DNA of 64,000 nucleotides from a bacterium (GTDB lineage Bacteria; Vulcanimicrobiota; Xenobia; Xenobiales; Xenobiaceae): NCBI GenBank assembly GCA_030535355.1, contig JAUNIO010000002.1, positions 8,781 to 72,780 of the forward strand, read 5' to 3'. Shown piece by piece: positions 57,385 to 64,000 of this stretch (position 1 is its first letter; each line of letters starts with the position of its first letter). The notes under the pieces were generated by a model. It saw only the letters and a program-made list of their open reading frames with translations, ran no database searches and was not told where the DNA came from. The position numbers and the translations under genes were made by a program.

Positions 57385-57972
57385 ATGATCATCGACATCT
57401 CCCAAGAAATCTTCAGCAGCCAAATCTATCCCGGTGATCCCGCCCCACAAAAGCAAAAACTCAGCGACATCTCTCAAGGCGATGCCTACAATCTAAGCGC
57501 TTTCTCCATGTGTTCCCACAACGGCACTCATATCGACGCCCCCAGCCACTTCCTCCCCCAGGGTGCCACCATCGACCAGCTGAGCCCGGATATATTTGTA
57601 GGTCCAGCTTATGTCGCAACTTACGAGGGAGAGATAGGCGCAGGTGAAGCACAGGGTATTCTAGAACAGGCTGCCCAAGCGGGACGCAGATGTGCTGAAC
57701 GGCTGCTGCTGCGCGGCCGATCCTTGGTTACCGCCGAAGCCGCCCGAATCTTCGCCAATGCGAAGCTAAAACTAATCGGCTGCGAATTATTGTCGTTCGG
57801 GCCTGAAGAGACCCCTGCAGAAGTCCATATCATTTTGCTGAGCGCCGGAGTTATTTTACTGGAAGGCTTACGTCTGCAGCACGTTCAAGACGGCGCTTAT
57901 CTGCTCAGCGCTATGCCGCTCAATCTGGGCGGATGCGAAGGCGCTCCCTGCCGCGCTGTTCTGCTCAGCTAA
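57385..57972 (+). CDS. Cyclase-family protein (kynurenine-formamidase-like metal-dependent hydrolase).
   Basis: It has the HxGTHxDxPxH motif (CSHNGTHIDAPSHF). 195 aa. Confidence 0.75.
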   Translation: MIIDISQEIFSSQIYPGDPAPQKQKLSDISQGDAYNLSAFSMCSHNGTHIDAPSHFLPQGATIDQLSPDIFVGPAYVATYEGEIGAGEAQGILEQAAQAGRRCAERLLLRGRSLVTAEAARIFANAKLKLIGCELLSFGPEETPAEVHIILLSAGVILLEGLRLQHVQDGAYLLSAMPLNLGGCEGAPCRAVLLS

Positions 57973-60845
57973 TGCTGCTTCTGCCACAGATTCTGTACCA
58001 CTTGCTTATCCATACAGCGCTTCACTCCGCCAAAAGCCACCACAAACTTCTCGCCCTGCACATCCTGGATAACGCCCCGACCAAAGATAGGCACCTCGAC
58101 CCAGTCCCCCACCCGGGCGGGCCGCTTGGGTTCTGCAGCTGCTTTAGCTGCTGCACTATCCTGCGCACCGACAGCGGGAAGCTTTTCCACAGTCAGCACA
58201 TCTGAAGTCAGCAAACGCTCAGAATTTGCAGAAAAACGCACCTTGACAAAAGAGTGCTCAACGGCTGCCACCGTTCCCAGACCGAAGAGTTTATGGCTTA
58301 CTGTCGCTCCCACAGGGAACTTTTCCCGTACTTCGCGATAACGATCATTCAGCGTACGCAAAGGCTGGCTTGCCGCGCTTCGCTTATCAGACGTGCTTGG
58401 CCGCGGAGTCATAGTGCGCCTAAGGCTATCGGAAACATTCTCTGGAGACTCGGCATAGGCAGCGCGGCCCAAGCTCGTGCCCCAAGTGGACACCCACTGT
58501 CCCTCTTCAGCCGAGCGGCGCGTCACCGTCTCTTCTAAACCTTTAAGCGTGTCATAAACGCGCTTGCGCTCAGAACGTTTTTTGCCCGCAGAGCCATTCT
58601 TTTCCGCCTGAGACGAGTTATAGCCGCCACTGTGCGCCCAGCCCTCCCCGCGTCCCGAATAATATGAATTTCCGTAGCTATAAGGGCTGGCAGGCGCTCC
58701 AATGTGGCCAGTCCCCGAACGTTCATCGCTCAGGTACTTCTTAGCCAGCTGGTTAGCGCAATCGTAACAATTAGGGCTGGCATCGAACAAAAAACGAGAA
58801 ACTTCATGTTCAAAAGGTATTCCCTGCTTGTCGCGTTTGCAGGAAAAAGACAAGTACAGGCGCTGTTTGGCCCGCGTCATGCCTACATAGCAAAGCCGGC
58901 GCTCTTCCTCAATGTCTTCGTTAGCGCCCGTCTGCAGAGACAAATAGCTCGGCAAAGTATTCTCCTCCAAGCCCACCAGAAAAACCACGGGAAACTCCAA
59001 ACCTTTGGAGGTATGCACGGTCATCAGAGTGATGCGGTCGGGTTCAGAATCGTAATCATCCTGATCTGAATATAGGGAGACCTCGGCCATAAAAGCTTCC
59101 AAGGGCACAGCGCTTCCCTGGTAAGAGCCATCAAAACTAGCCGCCGTATTAATTAGTTCGTCAACGTTTTCCATGCGGCTGGCAAAGTCAGCTTCGCTGT
59201 CGCAGCGTTTGCGCAGCAATTCGCGATAGTTGATATGCTCGATAACATCGGTCAGCAATTTCGTTAAAGTGACGCGTTTTTGGGCCTTTTCCGCCATATC
59301 CGCCAGCCACCCGTGCATATTCCTAAGCGTTTCCACTGTAGCCTTGCGCAAGCCCAAAGTGTCTCCGTACTCTAAAGTTTCGTAGAGACTGCGCTCATTC
59401 TGCAGACTCCATTCTACCATTTTCTGACGAGTCGTAGCCCCAACGCCAGGGGTATTCTCTAAAATCCTCTGCATGGCTACAGAATCGTTAAAATTGATGA
59501 ACACGCTGAAATAGACCAATAAATCTTTTACTTCAGCGCGCTCATAGAAGCGCTGACCGCCCACAACTTTATGCACCAGCCCCTGGCGGAGAAAAACTTC
59601 TTCAAAAATTCGCGACATTGCATTAGCGCGATACAGCACAGCAAAATCAGCAAAGCTATAACCTTCATTGAGCATCAGCGCTTGTATGGTGCGGGCAGCA
59701 AATTCCGCTTCGTCATAAGCCGTGCGCGCCCCATATACTATCGGTTTACAGCCGTTCTGATCGCTCCACAGCTTTTTGCCCGTACGTCCCCGGTTATGGC
59801 TGATGACATCGTTGGCTAAATCCAATATAGCCTGGGTCGAGCGATAATTCTGCTCCAGTTTAATGGTCTTGCCTTCAGCAAAATCCTCAGCAAAGCGCAA
59901 GATAATCGAAAGATCAGCACCGCGAAATTTATAAATGCTCTGATCGTCGTCGCCCACCGCGCAAATATTGCGCTTTTCCCCGGCCAGCAAGCGCAGCAGC
60001 TCATACTGCACCGCGTTCACATCCTGATACTCGTCAACCAGAATATACTTAATCCGCTCGGTGTACATAGCCAGCACTTCAGGAAAATCCCGAAACAGGC
60101 GCACTGTATAGACTAGAATATCATCAAAGTCCAGAGCTTCATTCTCCAGCAATTTTTTATTATACAGCTCATAAATATCAGCCATGTGGCGTTCCATAGG
60201 ATCGCTGGAACGCGAAAGCCCTACAGGCTTGCGCCCATCATTCTTATAATGGCTGACCAGAGCCAGAGCTTTTTTGGGCGGAAATTTTTTTACATCCAAG
60301 TTCAGCTCTTTCAGCACTGAAGTCATCAGCATACGCTGGGCAGAGCCGTCGTAAATAGTAAAATTAGGAGATATCTTTAACCGTTCAGCTTCGCGGCGCA
60401 GCCAGCGCGAACAGACCGAATGAAATGTTCCCACATTGGCAAAGTGAGCGATATTGCACATGCGCCGCAGACGATCGCTAAGTTCTCTGGCCGCTTTATT
60501 GGTAAAAGTTACCCCCAAAATCTGGTAGCTTTTCGCCAGCCCCGACTGCAGGATCCAGGCAATGCGGCGGGTCAAAACCGTAGTTTTTCCGCTGCCGGCG
60601 CCGGCCAAGACCAGCACCGGGCCTTCTGTAGTAGTAATAGCCTCCCGCTGAGGCTGATTGAGGCCTTTAAGAATTTCCCGTTTAGCGGCGGCCAGTTCGG
60701 CGTCAATTTCATCTTCAGCCGCAAATTCAGCCTTATTCTCATCGCCATCCCAGGCGCTGACGAGAACGGCACGCTGTTCCTCCATCTCGCCGGCTAGCTC
60801 GCCAGCTAACGACGCGAAAGAATCTTCTCCCAAAAAATCACTCAT
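57969..60845 (-). CDS. UvrD/PcrA-family superfamily-1 DNA helicase with a ~60-aa acidic N-terminal extension and a ~250-aa C-terminal extension carrying two Tudor-like PcrA/UvrD C-terminal-domain copies.
   Basis: It has Walker A (LAGAGSGKTT), DEYQD and other SF1 motifs. The C-terminal repeats are VGATVSHKLFGLGTV...VKVRF and VGDWVEVPIFGRGVI...FVVAF. Confidence 0.85.
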   Translation of the reverse strand: MSDFLGEDSFASLAGELAGEMEEQRAVLVSAWDGDENKAEFAAEDEIDAELAAAKREILKGLNQPQREAITTTEGPVLVLAGAGSGKTTVLTRRIAWILQSGLAKSYQILGVTFTNKAARELSDRLRRMCNIAHFANVGTFHSVCSRWLRREAERLKISPNFTIYDGSAQRMLMTSVLKELNLDVKKFPPKKALALVSHYKNDGRKPVGLSRSSDPMERHMADIYELYNKKLLENEALDFDDILVYTVRLFRDFPEVLAMYTERIKYILVDEYQDVNAVQYELLRLLAGEKRNICAVGDDDQSIYKFRGADLSIILRFAEDFAEGKTIKLEQNYRSTQAILDLANDVISHNRGRTGKKLWSDQNGCKPIVYGARTAYDEAEFAARTIQALMLNEGYSFADFAVLYRANAMSRIFEEVFLRQGLVHKVVGGQRFYERAEVKDLLVYFSVFINFNDSVAMQRILENTPGVGATTRQKMVEWSLQNERSLYETLEYGDTLGLRKATVETLRNMHGWLADMAEKAQKRVTLTKLLTDVIEHINYRELLRKRCDSEADFASRMENVDELINTAASFDGSYQGSAVPLEAFMAEVSLYSDQDDYDSEPDRITLMTVHTSKGLEFPVVFLVGLEENTLPSYLSLQTGANEDIEEERRLCYVGMTRAKQRLYLSFSCKRDKQGIPFEHEVSRFLFDASPNCYDCANQLAKKYLSDERSGTGHIGAPASPYSYGNSYYSGRGEGWAHSGGYNSSQAEKNGSAGKKRSERKRVYDTLKGLEETVTRRSAEEGQWVSTWGTSLGRAAYAESPENVSDSLRRTMTPRPSTSDKRSAASQPLRTLNDRYREVREKFPVGATVSHKLFGLGTVAAVEHSFVKVRFSANSERLLTSDVLTVEKLPAVGAQDSAAAKAAAEPKRPARVGDWVEVPIFGRGVIQDVQGEKFVVAFGGVKRCMDKQVVQNLWQKQH

Positions 60846-63660
60846 GCCGTCCTCCCAGACTGACGTGCATTTGCCGCAGCCACTTTATAAACACCGGCAG
60901 CAAGACTGCCGAAGAAATTAAATTCGTGCCCACGCCTACCGTCATCACAAAGCCCAAATCGGCAATACCCCTGTAGCTGGCCAGCATCAGCGTGCCAAAT
61001 CCCGCCATAGTAGTTAAAGCTGCCAACGCGATAGCTGGTCCTGTCGAATGGGCAAAAATGCCCGCCTCTCCTTCTTCTAAAACGCGATGCACCACGTGAA
61101 TACCGAAAACTAAGCCTATACCCAAAATCATGGGCAAAGCCAAAAAATTAGCGCTGTTAAAATCGACGCCGCACGCTCCCATAATACCAACCATCCACAG
61201 CACTCCGACAACTTTGGGCATCAATGCCAGCAAAGCCAGCTTAGCATTGCGGAAATATATGAAAAGCAAAATCCAAATAGCAATCAGCGCATACATCCCC
61301 GCCTGTTCATTGGCTTCGCGCAGAACCTGAGAATCGTAATACGTCAGCACCGGCATCCCCACCACCTGAGGATCGACACTTTCCAAATCGTGCACAAAAC
61401 GTTCCTGCGCGGAACGCTCCCAGACATTTTCCTTTGGAAACACACGCACCTGGATCAGGCCGTGCCGTCCCAGCTCGCGCTCGCGCAAAGCCGGAGGCAT
61501 ATCAGCAAAAGCCAGCTTAGGAGCAAAAGCCTGGGCCTTTAAAAAAGTCACCATAGTGCGCAAATCCGCAAAGAAACAGCGATCGAAAGCGGTTATACTG
61601 TCCCCGATAGGGCCTGGCAGCATAGATTCCAGACGAACGGTGATATCATCAATGTGCTTTTGCAGCAAACGTCCCTGAGCCGCGACTTCGGGATCGGACG
61701 AGTACAAAATTCTATTAAGGCTGTCCTCAATATCTCCAGACGAGCTGGTCATGAGCTTTTCCAGCCTCAGCAATTTTTGGATCATGCTGCCGGAATAAGG
61801 CTGCCATTCCGCAGGCAAAGGCAAAGAAGAAGCCAGCGCAGCGCAGCTTTCCAAATAAGGGCGTTTGCGCTCATAATCTTCGGGAACTATCAGGGCCGCA
61901 CATTCGGTATTAGCCACTGTGGGGAGTTTTTCATAGGCGGCCATCAGCTTTTTGGCTTCTGCCGCATTCTTCACCAAGGAAATACCATACAGCAAAGAGT
62001 GGTCGCTGCTCTCCATTAGATACAGCTCGGCTTTCACCGAATCTAAATCCTGAGACTGCAGGTTCAGCAAATTATAATCGTAGCGTACCCTGCAGGCGGA
62101 CATGCCGCACCATATAGTAAACAGCAAAAACAAAACCAGCAGCAGCTGTGGATGTTTAAGCCACTGCCCTTCCCAATTGCTGAGCCAAGCAAAGCTGGAC
62201 AGCCCCACGCGATTGGTGTTATCTCCCCAAGTCTCGTACCAAAACAGGAATGCCGGCAAGACTAAAACATTGGCGGCATAGCACAGCAAAATACCGCCTC
62301 CGGCAATAGTTCCCAGTTCAGCTATACCGGTAAAGTCTGTAAGATTTAATACTCCAAAGGCTAAAGCCGTACTGAAAGCGCCAGTAAAATTTTCCTGTCC
62401 GGCGCGGGCCAGCGTCTCCGTCATAGCCGCCAGCGGTTCCAGCCCTTCCGAACGTTCTTCTTCATAGCGGTAAATAAAATGGATCCCGTAATCGATGCCC
62501 AAACCAATTAAGATAGTTGTGCAAGTGACCGTCAGAAGATTGAGATGACCCACCGCCACAGTAGCAAAGGCCATAGTCCAGCCCACACCAATGGCCAGCG
62601 AGTAAACGGCCATCATGGGACGGTACAGCTCGCGGAAGGCCCACATAAAAATAGCTGTTACTAAAATAACCGAGATAATAGCAGATAAAGTAGAATCCTC
62701 AGACGAGGTTTGTCCCTCGTCATAATCGAGAATGAGCTCGCCTGTCAGACGCGGAATGACGTGAACATGCTGCAGGGCAATGTCTTTCATGATCGCCTTG
62801 AGGCGCACAACAGCGCGCTCAATACAGATAGGATGCGGCACACCTTCGGAATAGGTAGGCCGCAGCAGCACCACATATATTTTACCGTCTGCCAAAGTGG
62901 AATACAGAGCGAAATCCTCTTCCTGCATCAATGCAGCCATTTGCTCAGAAGCTGCAGGATCATTGCCCATAATACTGGTCTGCCAAGGAGACTTATAGGT
63001 AAAATTGCGCCCGCGCGTGCTTATGCAGTTTTGCAGCTGTTCCAGCATGGAATTGATTACGGGAAGGATCAATTTCAGCTCCTCGTCGCTGATCTTGCCG
63101 AAAGCGCGGTTGGCCAGCAGGGGAGCGCAGTCTATAATACTGCTGCTTTGTCCCAGGGCGGCCAGCATATCGCGGTTTTCCCCTAAACCGTCAGCGATAC
63201 GCTTCAATTCAGGCACATCCAAATAATGTAAAGCGTAACGGCGCAAAAAAGACGCGTCTATTTTTTCAAAAACAAAAGAAAAAATCTGGGGTTCTGCGCG
63301 CAAACGCGCTGCCAGATCATTTACATAAGCCTTATTTTCTTCGGCACTGCCGCCTTCGGCGATAACCACTATATCTTCGCCATCGGGAAACTCCTCAGTA
63401 TAGCGATCTTGCTTAGCCTGAAGTTCGGGACTGCGCTTAATTAGATTGGAACGGTTGCTGTCAAATTCCAAGTAATAATACGTATATGCACAGCACAGCG
63501 CTGCTGTAAGCGTGCACAGCAGAACAACCGCCAAAGGCGCACGCCAGCACATTTTAGCTATTCCGGCAAAGATGCGGGTTCCCCAAGACCAGCGGGCGGG
63601 GTCGCTGAGCGCCAGTTTCTCATTGCTCTTAGATAGAGGTTTCTCAGTCATCGCCTTCAC
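60838..63660 (-). CDS. MMPL/RND-superfamily membrane transporter of 940 aa, HpnN-like. It overlaps the helicase gene by 8 nt.
   Basis: It has two repeats of a TM bundle plus a large periplasmic loop, typical of MMPL/SecDF-like RND exporters. Confidence 0.75.
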   Translation of the reverse strand: MKAMTEKPLSKSNEKLALSDPARWSWGTRIFAGIAKMCWRAPLAVVLLCTLTAALCCAYTYYYLEFDSNRSNLIKRSPELQAKQDRYTEEFPDGEDIVVIAEGGSAEENKAYVNDLAARLRAEPQIFSFVFEKIDASFLRRYALHYLDVPELKRIADGLGENRDMLAALGQSSSIIDCAPLLANRAFGKISDEELKLILPVINSMLEQLQNCISTRGRNFTYKSPWQTSIMGNDPAASEQMAALMQEEDFALYSTLADGKIYVVLLRPTYSEGVPHPICIERAVVRLKAIMKDIALQHVHVIPRLTGELILDYDEGQTSSEDSTLSAIISVILVTAIFMWAFRELYRPMMAVYSLAIGVGWTMAFATVAVGHLNLLTVTCTTILIGLGIDYGIHFIYRYEEERSEGLEPLAAMTETLARAGQENFTGAFSTALAFGVLNLTDFTGIAELGTIAGGGILLCYAANVLVLPAFLFWYETWGDNTNRVGLSSFAWLSNWEGQWLKHPQLLLVLFLLFTIWCGMSACRVRYDYNLLNLQSQDLDSVKAELYLMESSDHSLLYGISLVKNAAEAKKLMAAYEKLPTVANTECAALIVPEDYERKRPYLESCAALASSLPLPAEWQPYSGSMIQKLLRLEKLMTSSSGDIEDSLNRILYSSDPEVAAQGRLLQKHIDDITVRLESMLPGPIGDSITAFDRCFFADLRTMVTFLKAQAFAPKLAFADMPPALRERELGRHGLIQVRVFPKENVWERSAQERFVHDLESVDPQVVGMPVLTYYDSQVLREANEQAGMYALIAIWILLFIYFRNAKLALLALMPKVVGVLWMVGIMGACGVDFNSANFLALPMILGIGLVFGIHVVHRVLEEGEAGIFAHSTGPAIALAALTTMAGFGTLMLASYRGIADLGFVMTVGVGTNLISSAVLLPVFIKWLRQMHVSLGGRHE

Positions 63661-63959
63661 GCCTTACCGGTCATTATTACCGTTACCACTCCGGCAAATA
63701 TAATAATAGTTCCCACCCAGCGCCTTAACGAAACGGTTTCGCCCAGCATCGGCTTCGCCAAAACAGCATTAAGCACATAAGACAGGGCTGCAATAGGAAG
63801 CGCCAGCGATAAGTCAGCCCAAGAAAGCACGGTTAGCCATACTATAAAACAGGCCAGCATAAACAATATAGCCAGGGGTATGCGCGTCTTAGCGACACGA
63901 ACGGCCAAATGCCAGACATCAATAGGCTTTTTCACGGCTATTGGTCCCAGCGATTTCAT
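63657..63959 (-). CDS. Small 4-TM DMT/EamA-like membrane protein of 100 aa (ArnE/ArnF-like single-domain type). It overlaps the transporter start by 4 nt.
   Basis: It has four hydrophobic segments and the EamA-like C-terminal motif (LRRWVGTIIIFAGVVTVI). Confidence 0.45.
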   Translation of the reverse strand: MKSLGPIAVKKPIDVWHLAVRVAKTRIPLAILFMLACFIVWLTVLSWADLSLALPIAALSYVLNAVLAKPMLGETVSLRRWVGTIIIFAGVVTVIMTGKA

Positions 63960-64000
63960 ACCTTGGGCTAAAAATATATCTCCTAATGTGCCTATAGTCA

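Overview
This is a 64 kb chromosomal segment from a bacterium with about 55% GC. All calls were made by eye from the supplied ORF translations and the DNA, with no database searches, so domain and family assignments rest on remembered motifs and are hedged.

The backbone is housekeeping. It includes a YrdC/TsaC-family protein, a membrane-anchored spermidine synthase coupled to a Tat-exported FAD oxidoreductase, glutamine synthetase, rapZ and a membrane-extended yvcK-like gene, and a PLP enzyme. There is a MoxR / DUF58 / TgpA-like transglutaminase operon with two secreted TPR paralogs and a DedA gene. Further along are ftsE-ftsX, an active M23 peptidase and two S41 (CtpA-like) proteases, then uvrC, a hexokinase-family kinase, pncB, pilT, a UvrD/PcrA helicase co-oriented with an MMPL/RND transporter, and an epimerase / PNP-like / GT2 trio that resembles hopanoid-associated hpnA/hpnG/hpnB(I).

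The features that stand out most:
- A roughly 3.9 kb low-GC island (14.4-18.3 kb) holds two homologous cassettes. Each pairs an uncharacterised paralog with a conserved upstream motif. One cassette carries a tightly coupled nuclease-like toxin and immunity candidate pair; the other carries an XRE regulator with an ImmA/IrrE metallopeptidase.
- Two paralogous membrane proteins end in poly-aspartate tails. One of them carries two zinc ribbons and two DUF4178-like domains.
- Two families of palindromic, MITE-like intergenic repeats occur at seven or more sites. One copy is flanked by a 12-nt direct repeat.
- A BspA-type LRR/Big_2 lipoprotein has a 1-nt frameshift inside a near-perfect 257-nt tandem repeat.
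- A perfect 25-nt tandem duplication covers the RBS and start codon of the second TPR paralog.
- A low-GC YfhO-like gene sits next to a methyltransferase-like domain fused to a phosphatidylserine decarboxylase-like domain.

No rRNA, tRNA or CRISPR array was recognised.
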